DNA of 64,000 nt, taken from NCBI RefSeq assembly GCF_009914755.1, contig NC_060926.1; one strand, written 5' to 3'. How positions within the stretch are numbered: the first letter of the stretch is position 1; each line of letters opens with the position of its first letter. The stretch comes from the human T2T-CHM13v2.0 reference genome, Homo sapiens. The notes under the pieces are model-generated. The model ran no database searches, was not told the DNA's origin, and saw only the letters and a program-made list of their open reading frames with translations. Positions 1-15,569 of the stretch are shown one piece after another. The translations under genes and the position numbers were made by a program.

Positions 1-419
1 GTTTCTTTTTTCTTTGCTTGCCCTTCTTGCTCTTATTTTGGGTGAATTGGATATCATGTAGTATGCCATTGACTTCATTTATTAAATTTTAGCTCAGCCT
101 CTTGGTGTTGCTTCTAGAGTTTTCTCTAGAAATTGAAACATGCATCTTTAACTTGTCCATGATACTAAACTCCAGCCTGCCCGTCAGCATATCCCCTCTG
201 CCTCCCATGTGTCACCTCCACTGTGGATTGTCTGTCCCTCGTCCACACCATTTCTCCAGTCCTGGGATCTGTTCCTGCATGCATTCGCCTACCAGATACA
301 CACTTATCGAGCAACACACTAACGCAGGAAGAATGTACCAAAAAATAGAAGGAGAGTTGGCTCCTTCCACCACTAGAAGTGACAAGTGACAAGGCAATTT
401 AATCATTAACTATTAACTA

Positions 420-770
<351 letters not shown>

Positions 771-1777
771 AGGATAAAGCCAGCCCCTCTCTTTCACTCT
801 TCCACCGTCTCACAAGCATTCCTGGTCAGATAGACCTAAATGTAAGCATTGTGGGCTACTGCACAAAAAGATCACCCGGGTGCAGCTGCAGTCATTGAAC
901 TAGAAAAGCCGGAAAGATCCTGGGTGATGTGGAACCAATATTCCACACCGGTGCATCTGAGGATGCTTTAACAGCATCTTGAAATAATAAGACCAGTGCA
1001 CAGATCTATATTTGTAAGGATGTGCACAGAAGTGCCTTTTATAATTGCATAAAAGTTCATTTTATTAGGGCACTGATTAGAATAAACTATGGTTAATCAT
1101 ATGCATAATACTATTCAGCCTTTTGAAATAATGATGTTGGCCTACAGATTACATGGAAGGATATCCAGAATGTGTATGTCCAGTGAGAAAAGCAGGTCAC
1201 TGAACACTATATACTGGGTGATCCGGTTTGTATAAATGTATTATGGGCAATGAGATCACAGTATAAGGCGTACAGTATGGATGACATCTAGTTTTGAATC
1301 CTGCTATATTCCAGGACATAACACAGTGATTAACAGATTAACACATAGTAGTTTATCAATAAATATTTGTTGAATATACACTTAATTAAAAATCTGGACT
1401 GCTAACCCCCTAGTTACTAGTAATAGGAAGATGGGTGATAATTTTTTCTTTTTTAATGACTTTAAGTTTTATTTTTTTCTACAAGAAACGTGCTGAGAAG
1501 AGGACTGCAATGACTGCTTTCAAAAAACACCAGAATAAATACATACGTAGTGTAAGCAAGCGACCACTGTTGTATCAAAAGCCCTTTGTTGTATCTGTTG
1601 GTGGCGGAGGCAGCCAGCGGTTAACTGAGGTTCTACTGAGCTCTGTGGACCACAGAGTTGTCTTCTCAAGTTTGCTTCTAGGGACAAATTAGTGACTTTA
1701 TGATGTCAATCTGTCCCAAGTCCATGGCCAAAGAGAAAAAAATAATGCTGAAAAAGTCAAAATTCTTAGAATTCTTA

Positions 1778-2146
<369 letters not shown>

Positions 2147-2230
2147 TCACATTCCACTATCCAGAGAATAAAGATAAGTTCATAATTATGGTGTCCAGTA
2201 TCAAGTACATACCAGAAAAAGACTTTTTAA

Positions 2231-2571
<341 letters not shown>

Positions 2572-3354
2572 GATGACAATTCTTTCTACCACAGTAAACA
2601 CAGGAGTGGTAACAAAATGATTATTCTCAGACTAAAATGAAAACTTAAAACCAAATAAAATCCCTGAGCTTCCAGGATCAGAGAATGGCACAGAGAGCAG
2701 TATAAGAGGCCAGGAGAAAATATAAGATTTTAAATATTTTATGTGTACCTTTCTTTTTATTTTCGACTGACTAAAAAATAAAGGAAAAATATTTAAGTTA
2801 ACTCACAAAATACTTTTTTTAAAAAAAGACATGGAGGACATTAGGAAGAAGGGAAAGAAAATTAGGTCGAAAGAAATAAAGTGAATCCAGGGATGAGATT
2901 AATACACAAAATGTTTGCCTTGAAAGTCCTTTACACTTGCTAGATATGGGTCACAATTTGACTCAGCTTCCCAGCAGCCTATGCAAAGAAAAAACAAGAC
3001 CAGCTGTATTACTCACAATGTCCATTGGATAAAAACAAATCCAGTGCTCAGAAGAAGACAAATTCCAAGACCAGAAAGGTATTTCTTCCATGTGTTTCTA
3101 TCCAAATGGCCTGTGTCACGTAGTAAACAAGGCCCTAAAACCATCTTTACAGTAAACAAAACAATGAGTACCTCGAGGATTGTTAACCTCCCTTATTTAA
3201 GTTAACACATTAACCCATGTGAATGTAAATAAAGCAATCCTACAGGGGTGGAAAGCATGGGGTCATCCAAGCTGCCATATTCAATCCCAAAATAAATGCT
3301 AATGAGGAATGGAGCTCTCTCGTGCATGAATGAATATGTGACTGCCCATGATAT

Positions 3355-4550
3355 TGTGATACAATAAAAAATATATATTTAGTCTTCATCCCACGTTCCT
3401 GGCACAGAGCTCCTAAAACCCTTGGAATTTCTGAGTGATAGGAGTGAGGAGTATTTGTTACTTATCATAAGCCTTCTTCAACCAAACCTGAGTTTATCTA
3501 ATAAGCTGACACTTGGAGGCTGGGGCTGATGGCCAGAGGAAATAACCATGTATTTTAAAGGGTTGGAACTTTCAGCTCCTTTATTCCCCATTCCCCTGAC
3601 CCCTACTCCCCAAACACCCCCACCTCCAGAGAGTGGAGAAGGGCTACAGATTGAGGTAATCATTAATGACCAAAGATTTAATCAATCATGTCTACATAAT
3701 CAGAACCTCTATAAAAACCCCAAACGGGCCAGGTGCAGTGGCTTATGCCTGTAATCCCAGCATTTTGAAAGGCTGAGGTGGGAGGATCACTTGAGGTCGG
3801 GAGTTTGAGACTAGCTTGGCCAACGTGGCAAAACCCTGTCTCTACTAAAAATACAAAAATTAGCTGAGCGTGGTAGCCTTCACCTATAATCCCAGCTACT
3901 TGGGAGGTTGAGGCATGAGAATCACTTGAACTCGTGGGATGGAGGTTGCAGTGAGCTGAGATCATGCCATTACACTCCAGCCTGGGTGACAGAGCGAGAC
4001 TCTGTCAAAAACAAACAAACAAAAAAGGCATTTGGAGAGCTTCTGGGTGGGTGAGTATCCATTCTGGGAGAGTGGTGCACTCCAACTTCATAAGGACAGA
4101 AACTCCTCTGCTCGGGAGCCTGTGGGACCTTTCCCTTTGTACCTGCTCCTCACCTGGCTTCCATCTGTGCCCTTTATTGTATCCCATATAATAACCAGCA
4201 AACACAAATTAAGTGCTTCCCTGAGTTATGTGAGCTGTTAGAACCAATTACGGACCTGAGGAAGGGTTCATAGGAGTCCCCAATTTGTAGCCAAGTCAGA
4301 CAGAAGTGTGAATAACCTGGGGGCCCACTATTTGAGATTGGCGTCTGAAGTGGGGGGCAGGCTTGTGGGACTGAGCCCTTAACCTGCATGCTTTGATGGA
4401 ACTCTAGTTTGTTCATGCTAGAATTGAATCACTGGACACCCAGCTGGTATCCTCAGAGAACTGGAGAATTTCGTGATATGGAAAAGCCACGTATTTGGTG
4501 CCAGAAGTGCTGTGAGTAGAGAGCACGCTTTTTCTTTGTACTGCCATGGA
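3355..4550 (+). mobile_element. MER21-like LTR interrupted by an Alu (3727-4027)
   Basis: Starts tgtgatac; contains MER21-type gttcctggcacagagctcctaaaacccttggaattt and gggttggaactttcagc; boundaries approximate. Confidence 0.7.
3727..4027 (+). mobile_element. AluS inserted in the LTR
   Basis: Dimeric Alu. Confidence 0.9.
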
Positions 4551-4821
4551 GACAAGTCTTCCTAAATGTTTCTTCAATTCGACCAAATGTTTGCTAAGTA
4601 TTGAATAGCAGTGAGTTTGAGGTTGTGGCTCTGATCTAACAAGGATCCAGAATATTCCACATTGCTGGTTAAGTGTAAATCTCAATGTTTGAATAGACAG
4701 CTGCGCAGGGTTAACAACCTCTTCTGAAATTCAAGGGGCCCAAATAGAGGCCACCAGAACCCCCACAGAGCGGGGCCAAGCAGGACCCAGACAGGCCACT
4801 CCAGTTTCAACTTCAGACTCA

Positions 4822-5262
<441 letters not shown>

Positions 5263-5399
5263 GTGTACACAATGACAGACTCCTTGTTAAAATTTATGCA
5301 TGTAATAAATACTCATTGTAGAAAACCCAACCACACAAAAATCAAAGATTTTTTTTAAATCACCATTTTGCTTACCTGGTGCCCAGATAGATATCATTC

Positions 5400-5812
5400 T
5401 ATTGGAGTGGGAGGTCTTTTGGGCAGGTGGGGTGCCAGGGTCTATCTACTTCTCTCTAAGGAAGCCAACAGGGAATCAAATATTCTCTCTTCCAGGCTCT
5501 TTATAACTAGTACATAGTCATGTGATCTGAGCTTAGCCAATCAGATGCTCCTGCCAAGGGCTTTGGATTGTGAGGAAGTGATGCAAAGGCCCTGTGGTCA
5601 ACCAGAGATTTTTCACAATGGCTGCAGCAGAGTCAAGAGTCCAATACCATGGTCCTGAGGGGCCAGCAGCAATAATGCCAGGGCCAGCATCCCAAGCTGA
5701 CTGTTCTTGGTCTCCCTGATTCCAGCAGAACATCCCAGTGGGGATTCTTTGATATGTCCCTTGAATTAAGTGGCTGCCAGGTCCCCTTGAGAAAAGACCA
5801 TGTGATAACATC
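5400..5812 (+). mobile_element. Old ERVL LTR (LTR33/LTR16-like)
   Basis: catgtgatctgagcttagccaatcagatgc motif typical of LTR33-class; subfamily uncertain. Confidence 0.5.
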
Positions 5813-5829
5813 AAAAAAATATTCTCTGT

Positions 5830-6500
5830 TTTAGCCCTTCCTTTCCCACAGGGGAACTGACCATGGACCAGGGAAACTACAGTGGGGAAAGGGATGATCC
5901 AGACCTTTGAGGGGGTTTGGGACAGTAACTGTAAACTGACACAGACCCCCTGGGGAACAGAACACTACTGACAAATTTGATGGGATTCCTGTTCATGGTA
6001 GGCCTGATGGAATCCTGAACCCATCACTTCTCCAGTGCCTGGGTGTAGAGTTGGAATAGATCCCCTAAGCTACAGGTGGAATCTCCACACTGGCTCTGTG
6101 ACCCAAAAAGTAAGGGCTATTATGACAGAGGGAGCAAAGGGAAGCCCTTGGACCCTCCCCAGTCCCTTCAACAAAATAGCAAATCTAGAGGAACACTGCG
6201 TCCCTGCTGGGAACACAGATGTTGATATCACTGTGAATGAGTCAAAAGGGGTGGGTGTGTGTGTGTGTGTGTGTGCGCACGCGCGCATGTGGAGGCAGTG
6301 GGTGATTCCCCTCACAGCTCTACGTAAGTCTCCCGTCTTCTGGCCAGTGCAGAATGGTGGCTCCTGGAGGGGTGGACAGCAGCACATTGTCTGCATCTTG
6401 CTCGTGGGCTCTGTGCTGGGTGGACCTTAGCCACCTCACCATCCTGCAGGACATCGTGCTGGTCCACTGCACTGACCGTATCAGGCCTAGGACTTGGTGA
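5830..6500 (+). mobile_element. ERVL internal pro-pol remnant
   Basis: Translation SPVPGCRVGIDPLS...VRAIMTEGAK...SPVFWPVQNGGSWR resembles ERVL SPVPECIIGIDILS...VRAIMVGKAK...SPIWPVQKTDGSWR; from 6423 DLSHLTILQDIVLVHCTDRI resembles a degenerate LVHYIDDI. Confidence 0.8.
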
Positions 6501-6915
6501 GGTGCCTTAGATGCTCCAGAAGTTACTTATATTCACCAATGGCCTCCTTATGGCTTCCAATAGGAAATAAGTGAACGGGTAGATTAATTACTCAGTGTTT
6601 TATACAAATAGATTGGACAAGGCTTGGCTCTTAAAGACAGCAATCCCAAATAGCGGCAAGCTGTTTAGCTTTTTTCTTTTCTACTTTGTTTAATATATTT
6701 TCTAATCAAAGTATGTAATAATATGCATAAATTTTTTTTTAGGGCAAGTAGAACAGCTTTTTACAATGGAAACAAAGCCGCCTCCTGGTTTTCCTTCCAA
6801 CTCTGAGCTCCACTCCAAAAAGGCCACCGCTTTTTTAATGTAAACTTGTTATTAAGGACATAAATCATAAGTGACCAGCTCAATACATTTTTACAAAGTG
6901 AACACACCTATGTAA

Positions 6916-7326
<411 letters not shown>

Positions 7327-8160
7327 TAACTTTAATAAACCTATTTTTGAGTAGACAGTTCATTCCTGTGGAACAAAATTCAAAACAAACAAATGGATAG
7401 GCAGTGTTAAATGTCCCTCCCACCCATAAATCTTAACCTGTCATTTCCCTTTGTCAGAAGCCATCCTGTTACCAGTAGCTTGGATTTCCTTCTAAAGGCA
7501 ATCTATTATTTGACCTATTTTAAATATTTTATTTAATAATTTATGTCCTATCTCAATATAAAACAATTTAAGGAAGATGTTGGGTTATACAATTTGAAGG
7601 GCAGAATTCCTCTCAAAGCAGTGAAAACTGACAACACCAAAGAAGTAAGGTGTTCACTGAGCTTTTCCAAATATCGTTAACAATTCATAGAAAGATACTA
7701 ATTCTTTTGGCCTTTCCCTCATGGTAGCAAGATGGCTGCCATAGCTCCAAATATCAAGTCTTCACACAACATTCTGTGAAGCAAGGAAGGTGATGGCCCC
7801 AAAAGGGCCTGTCAACTTCCCTAGTCAGGGAAGGAAATCTTTCCTGGAAATCTCTCCTTGTCTTGGACTGGCTAGAAGTGAGCAGCATGCCCACCTCAAG
7901 ACCAATCACTAGCAATGAAGAACAGTTGGCTTCATCTATTCACGCTTCAACCCCTGAGGCTGGGTCCATTGCTTTTACACCAAAATCAGGGCTCAGTAAG
8001 CATGAGTGGCCAATGAGCAGAAAACCAACAGTGTCTGCCACAGCCAGTACCTTTGTCCTGTCACTGTCTAAACCTGAAAACCAATCTAAACTAAGTTGTT
8101 AATCAGGCCATGGAAATAAATCAACCTTGGAAGAGAATGATGATAGCATACCTTCTAGAC

Positions 8161-8372
8161 CTGTGCTGTCCAATATGGGAGCCACTAGCCACACGTGCCA
8201 TTTAAACTTAACTTTACATTACTTAAAATTAAACAAAACTTTAAATGCAGTTCCTCAGTCACACAAGCCACATCTCAGCTGTTCAATAGCCTCATGTGAC
8301 TAGTGGCTACTGTACTGGATAGCACAGATTTAGAACAATTTCTTCATTGCAGAAAGCTCTACTGGCAACCAC
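8161..8372. mobile_element. MER3-like hAT-Charlie MITE
   Basis: ctgtgctgtccaatatgggagccactagccac ... gtggctactgtactggatagcacag. Confidence 0.75.
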
Positions 8373-9609
8373 TGCCTGTCCATCTGCCGCTACCACTGAT
8401 AAGAGGCTTCTCTAAAGTGGTGAAGCGAGAGTTTCTCTAAAGTGGTGAGGTGGTGCCACCTTAGTGTCATTAGCAACACCGCCATCATCTTTGTCCAGTG
8501 CAACCTGAAATTGGTAAGCTGAACATCCTCTAGCCAGTGATCACAGAAGCTCCCTGTCCTGCAGAGTCACGTCAGGGTCAGTCACAGAGCTCTGACAAGA
8601 TCTGGTGCAGAGGAACCTCATGTTTCCATGCACTCACTGAGCCCATCTTCCTGACCGGGTTCTTGATCCACCCCTCTGGGAAAGAGAGGCACTGGCCAGG
8701 AGCTGGCTTGGGCAACTAAGGTTATCATAAGATTATTTTAATGGTCACCTTGTTCTATATCAGGCACCTCATGAACGATGATCATGAAGTCACCCACTGC
8801 CCATTGCCCCAACACTTGCACACTTCCTATTTTTTCATCAGCCGGGGACCGAGGAGCTGCAGAAAGTGAACAGAATGAGACATACAGGTACAGGGGCAGG
8901 GCGTCTGTGGTGGGCACCGGCCCTCATGCCCACCCCACAGATACAGCTCACATTGTATTTGATAGTCTATAAAAGGGCACCTGCTCTGAGACTTGGGGGA
9001 GGAATAAGGTTGCCTCCAGTAATAACTGCTCTTTGCTCCACTTTAACCTCAATGGGCCTGACAGTTGAGGTGCCAGCTTGGGTGCAGTTGGTGCAGCCCT
9101 GTCCTGGGGGAGGGAAAGGCCAACCAGGGTCCCATTCAACTCTTAGAGACCATGGTTTCTTCCTGGCCAATTTTGGCTGGTGCCATTCTCCCAGGAGGGG
9201 ACCTTGGGAGACTTACACTGAAGCTCTAACTTGATCTGGCCCAGTAGATTTGAAAGGAGGCCCAAATTGAGTGGCTTCGAAGTCACCATATGTCCTTGCT
9301 GCACAAATGAGCTGCTGTTCTCCTCCTCACCCCTACTGGGGCCTCAGATGCTCACAGATCCCCACGAAGTCACCTTGCAGCTGTGGCCACCAAGGTGACA
9401 GGTGTAGACACTCTCCCCACAGTTATGTGCCAGGTGTTGGCTGACGGAGGACTGCCCCCACTGTGATGCCCTCAGCCAGTACAGGTGTGTCCTGGGGGCC
9501 TGCCTGCCCCTCCTCCTGGCACCACTGACTAGTCCAGGGCTCAGCAGGAGCATGATAGGCACTGAAGCCTGGTCTCTGCCCGTCAGCATTTCCTGCAGGC
9601 TTCTTCAAT

Positions 9610-9750
9610 CCCATTTATTCCTAGTGTTCCATTATTGGAACGCTAAGCATGTGGGAGTTATTTATTTCCTGCTGCTCAAGGTCATTGCCAAGGTCTGATT
9701 TTTCACACATGTCTGCAATTCAAAAAATTGCAACCTCCTGCATAAGTGGG
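9610..9750 (+). mobile_element. MER85 non-autonomous piggyBac element, full length
   Basis: 141 bp; TIRs cccatttattcct ... tgcataagtggg; TTAA at 9751-9754; internal palindrome GTTCCATTATTGGAAC at 9626-9641. Confidence 0.88.
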
Positions 9751-10349
9751 TTAACAAACCTTCACCAGACCCCTAAAGTTCAGGCGAAATTGAGATATTT
9801 GACCCCCATAAGAACACCAGCTGGCACAGAGATCTGCATTCCTGGTGCCCTCATGGGAACCAGCCTGGGCCTGGCAGAGGAGGAAACGAAGTCCCAGCAC
9901 ACCAGCGAGCAGGCCTGCTCCACCTCAGGGGCACCCAGCACTTGTTAGACCCAGTTTCAAGTTTCCAGCCCCTCTTCCCACCTCAGCCTCTTTCCTCCGT
10001 GGGTCCTGGGGGCTCCTCCAATTTCCTTTCCCTCTGAGGTCTTCCTCATGTTAAAGATCTTCCTCCCTCCACCCAGCTCCCCAGGAAGCCAGAAAGTCTC
10101 CCCAGGTCCAGCCTTCCTTTTAGCCCCCAAATCAAACATCTTAGGGAAAAAGCGGAAAAGTACAGGGAGAGAAGAGAGGAAGGAAAGGAAAGAAGAGAGA
10201 AAGGGGGAGGTGGGGAGAGGGGAAGCGGGGAAAGGAAGAAAGAAGGAGAGGAGAATAGGGTGACAGAGTGTGAGTAAAGAGGGAAAAGGAGCTGGCAAGC
10301 AACTAGAGGGAGATTACTCCTTGTTTTCCAAACCAACACTTTCTGGTCA

Positions 10350-10668
<319 letters not shown>

Positions 10669-11351
10669 CTCTTATCACTTGATTCCCACCAAATTCTGTT
10701 TAAATGAACATGAAGAGGTAAAGTATTTCAAAAATCCCAGTTTACTTTATATCTTCATTGAACACCAGAGAAAGAAGAAGTCCATTAATTTTATGATGTT
10801 TTTCTAAGGTGCGGTGGGAGAGGAGGAAGAAATATTCTTGGCATCTTGCCTTTTTTTAAAAAAAAAAAAAAGATCTTTGCAGTTTCCTGTTAATTTAATA
10901 CCAGAACCTTTGCTGTGTAAATAACACAGATAAAGATAAACTTTACTGGCCCTGGACTCCAACCTTCGTTTAACATTCCACCCCCCTCTGATCCATCCCG
11001 CATCCCGCCTATGGAAATTTGTAATTAGTTGTGGAGATTTAGAGGCTGAGAATATATAGTTCAGGAGGCAGAGCATGTTGGTTTTAGACAAGCCTTGTAA
11101 GAATGTGCTAAAAATCCCAGTATACCTGACAGTGCTTCTCTAGAACTTGTCTTTCTCTCTTCCTCAGAGGTGACCTGGATGGGGTTAATTCCCTTTCTGG
11201 TCAACTTGTAGGTTTCACCCTGGCTCTGCCACCCACCCTCCCAGTTTATTATACCCACTTAGGCTGTGCTTTGCTGGCATGGCCTTGCACTGTTATTTAG
11301 ACAAGTGATTTAATCCCTCTTACTTGCTATTATTGAGCACTCTTAGTTCCT

Positions 11352-11650
<299 letters not shown>

Positions 11651-12119
11651 AGATTTAGTTCCCTTTTTGATAGGGCACTTCCTCCAATAGTGTTTTCAAA
11701 GAGGGGCTATATGTGATACGCCTTCTGATTCTTTATATACCTGATAATTTAGCTAGAAATCCAAATCTAGGGTCAAAGTTATTTTTCTTTGATACTTTAA
11801 AACAATTTTTCCATTTTTTCTTAAACCCAATGTTGTTGCTAAGAAATCTGAAGTCAACCAGATTTTTGTTCCTTCCTCAGTCCTTCTACTACCCAGCTTC
11901 TGGGAATACAGGTGTGATGGCCCAAGCTTTAGCAGCCAATTTGGATTATGAAGATGTCAGAGGGCAATAGTGACTTGGTATGAAATTTGAGTCTTCAAAC
12001 ACCTAGTAAAGCAGAACTATTATACTATTTCAGCCATAAACTGTCCATCCCCAAACGTCTACAAAAGAGAAAAAGAAATTTTCATTGTTATTAGTGTTGT
12101 CTGTGTTATTAAGAAATGA

Positions 12120-12527
<408 letters not shown>

Positions 12528-13859
12528 TGAATTCATGTTTCCCTAGATATCAGCTACTTTGGTTGGCGATAGGTACACCTGGAAGAGACTAAAACCTAGG
12601 CTCTTCCTATATATCCCACCTGGGAGCTTAAGGAATGGGGGTGTGATGGGACTTGCCTCTGGCATCAAATGTGAATGTAGCCACTCCCCATGTGCCACCC
12701 TCACACACACCAGACACCCCACTCAGGGAGCTTCTGGGCACTCTCCCCTGGCCAATCCTCTTTCATGAGGCAGGTCTCGTGGTTGGAATTCCTGACCCAT
12801 GAAGTGGGAAGAAGAGGCTGCCGGGTCTGGTTTTTCTGTGCTGCTAGCCCCAGCCTGATATGCCATCCCTGGCTAGCACAGCTGTTTTCTGCCTCCCAGC
12901 AGTGCTGGGGAGATGGGGTTGAGAAATGGTCTACTCAGGCCAATGCAAGCAAAGAAAAGAGCACAAGTGTATAGCGTTCACTCAGCCTATCCCCCTTCTA
13001 TGGCACTGAGGGGAGGAGGCGACAGGCCTTCCCTGGTTTTACATTGGTTTCTCAGAGTCCTTACCAACTCCCCTCTTGCTTCTGCGGCGTCTTTAGGGTA
13101 CTATTCAGAGAAAGGTGCCAGCCCTTTAAGTACATTATCATCTTGTCACTTTCTGCTTTAATTTTACATTTCATTACAAATTACGTGAAATGTAATACTC
13201 AGTTCTTCAGTTGCACTCGCCAGATTTCAGGTACTCAATAATAGTCACATATGGTGCAGACAATAAAAAAGTTTTCCATCATCACAGAATGTTCTATTGG
13301 ACAAGGCTGACCTAGATCCTTAGAAGGAAGGGAAATGCATTCCTGCTTCTGACCTGGCTGGCCCCTTGCTCCCCACGCAGATCAGAGCACCATCCGTGTC
13401 CTGCATCTGGCCCCCTAGACTTTCTGCTTTACGGAAACAGTCTGGGTTTCAACCCCAGCGCCTGGGGTGGTACAATAAGTATTTGTGGAAATAATGGACC
13501 CTCGGTCAGTTTTTGCTAAATGTTGAAGCCCAAAAGGAAAGCTGGGTGGCAGAAATAACCCCTGCGTGTTCTCTTTTATCTCACCTTCCTACCCACTTCT
13601 GCGCCCTCCGCCCCCTACCCCCCTACCTCCCACCCCACCTCGGCAAGACCCCAAACTGTGCAGGACTCTGCTCCAGGTCTCCAAACGATCTTATCTAGTG
13701 AGGGGATAATTGTCTGTCTTCCCAACCTCGGCTGCCCAGCGCCTGCACATAGTAGGTGCGCAGTAAGTATGTGTGGGATGGACGAACAAATGAATGAATG
13801 AATGACTCTCTGTTTCCCCGCGTCTGCGCAGGGACTTCGGGAGGAGCCACCCTTGGAGG

Positions 13860-14950
13860 GCTGAGGAGAAAGCCCTCTTCCTCCCACCCGGGCCCGCGAT
13901 GCGGGCTGCGCCCAGGGGCGCGTGCACACAGAGGCCCCGCCCGGGGGCCCGGGGGTCCGGCTGGGCTCGGCCCTCGGGGGCGTGTCCTCTGTGCCGGGGC
14001 GCCACCGCCCCGAGAGGCGGGCAGCGGGTGCGCCCGGGCCGCGGCGGCCGCAGAGGGCGGGCGGCGGCCAGCATGGAGCGCGAGCTGGAGGCGCTGGCGG
14101 CCCGGCTTGCGCGCCCTGCCGAGCCGCCCTTCCAGGCGTTGGTGGAAGCGGCGGGGGGCCGCGGGCAGGTGCTGCTGGTGGGCGAGCTGTGGGAGCGCGA
14201 ACAGAGCCGCGCGCTGCTGCGGGACTTCGCACGGGCGGTGTTCCCGCCGGAGCCAGGCGCGGCCAAGCCGGGCGGCGCGGCGGCAGAGGGCGCGGGGCCC
14301 GGGGCGGCGCGCGGGGCGCAGAGGGCGGCGAGGGCGGCTGGGGCGGCGGGGGCGGCGGCGGCGGCGGCGCGCGCCATCCGCTCGCCGCTGGTCTTCGTGC
14401 TGTGCCGCGCGTCGTCGCTGGCCGCCCGGGAGCCGCGGCGCCGCCTGCGGGAGATGCTGCGGGACGTGCGCGGCCGGCGGCGGGCCGGGGCGGCGCTGGT
14501 CGGGGTGCTGGTGGCCGAGGCCGGGCCAGAGGACGCGGTGGCGCCGGGGCTGCGGCTGCTGGAGGCGCTGTTGCGCGCCGTGTTCGGCCGCCAGGCGGGG
14601 GGGCCCGTGCAGGCGGCCGCCTACTGCCCCGGCCTCCCGGCCTCCTGCCTGGCCGTCCAGGCGGCCGCCTGCAGGGCCCTGCAAGCCGCCGGAGCCGGGC
14701 AACCAGGTGAGACTGCGCGGGGCCCGGCTGGGCGCGGGCGGGCGGTGGCTCGGGCACGTCCCCCAAGTTGGACCCCTTTGGCCATTCCCTTATTGAGCAC
14801 CGAGGTAAACTGAGGCTCAGAGCAGGGAGGTGCCTAGAGCCAGGCCTCGCAGCTAGCGGAGAGCGGGCCGTGCGTAGCGGATCGAGTCTGTCCCGGAAGG
14901 GTCCGGAGTGCACGGGAGATGCCTAGGGGGCGTGGGAAAGCTGAGGGGCC
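13860..14950. promoter_or_regulatory. CpG island / promoter of C2orf72
   Basis: Very high GC and CpG density spanning the start codon and exon 1; GC boxes (ccccgccc) upstream of the ATG. Confidence 0.9.
14073..14706 (+). CDS. C2orf72: C2orf72 coding exon 1 ([12 protein letters not shown]...AAGAGQP)
   Basis: ATG at 14073 in strong context (gccagcATGg) inside a CpG island; protein recognised; donor CAG|gtgaga at 14707; 634 nt, phase 1. Confidence 0.93.
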
Positions 14951-15018
14951 GAGTAGAAGGCAGAGGGAGTGGGTAGAGAGAAGGGATGAATCGGGCAAGG
15001 CCGAGATCTAGGAGTTAC

Positions 15019-15037
15019 GGGGTGGGTGGGGGTGGGG
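15019..15037 (+). other. G-quadruplex motif in C2orf72 intron 1
   Basis: GGGGTGGGTGGGGGTGGGG: four G-runs with 1-nt loops on the non-template strand. Confidence 0.7.
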
Positions 15038-15569
15038 AGAGAAGAGGAGTGGGGAAGGAAATGGGAAAGCCTTGGGATGGGAAAGTTTCAAGGGGGTGGA
15101 TGGGTGCTAAGGAGATTGGCGGTGCCAGAAGCTAAATTCTAGGGCGCTGCGCAGCCAGAGATGCGTCGGGAGCTCTAGGAGGGGCGGAGGGGCATCTCCA
15201 GCGCGGTGGAGGCTCGTCCTGGAAGCCCTGCCTGGTTTTAGGAAGAGGGCAAGGAATGGGTGCTCGGGACTTGACGTGTGGGGAGGTGAGAGGGACTAAG
15301 AGTACATTTTCTATTGATTTCTGGCCACCCACCAAGGCTGTGCACCCAACTGCTGTGTCCCTCAGCCTCCCCCAGGTCTGCTGAGGCCACCTTTTCCCTC
15401 CACATTCTCCTGAAAGGTGGAAGGGATTTAAGGGTCTTTTCCCAGCCCCCGTGACTGCTGCCATCAGCAGAAGGGTCAGGATCTCCTTCCTCCTGGAACA
15501 CAAGGCTTTACAGGAACTCTCCAATGTTCTAGGATGAAAATATGCACATTAAGAGTAGCTGCATCTGGC

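Noticed and set aside
8408-8448. Short direct repeats (here ttctctaaagtggtga x2; similar at about 31363, 47527, 49240 and 59869) as arrays
   Set aside because: Two-copy slippage micro-duplications; no repeat-spacer array.
8800-9600. Faint retroviral gag/pro-like words on the minus strand (GPQDTP, PWSLRVEWDPG)
   Set aside because: Too weak to support without an HMM search.
13615-14913. Five extra long overlapping ORFs (up to 432 aa) on both strands of C2orf72 exon 1
   Set aside because: Stop-codon scarcity in extremely GC-rich DNA; the products are low-complexity Pro/Arg/Ala/Gly; only the MERELE frame splices to exons 2-3.
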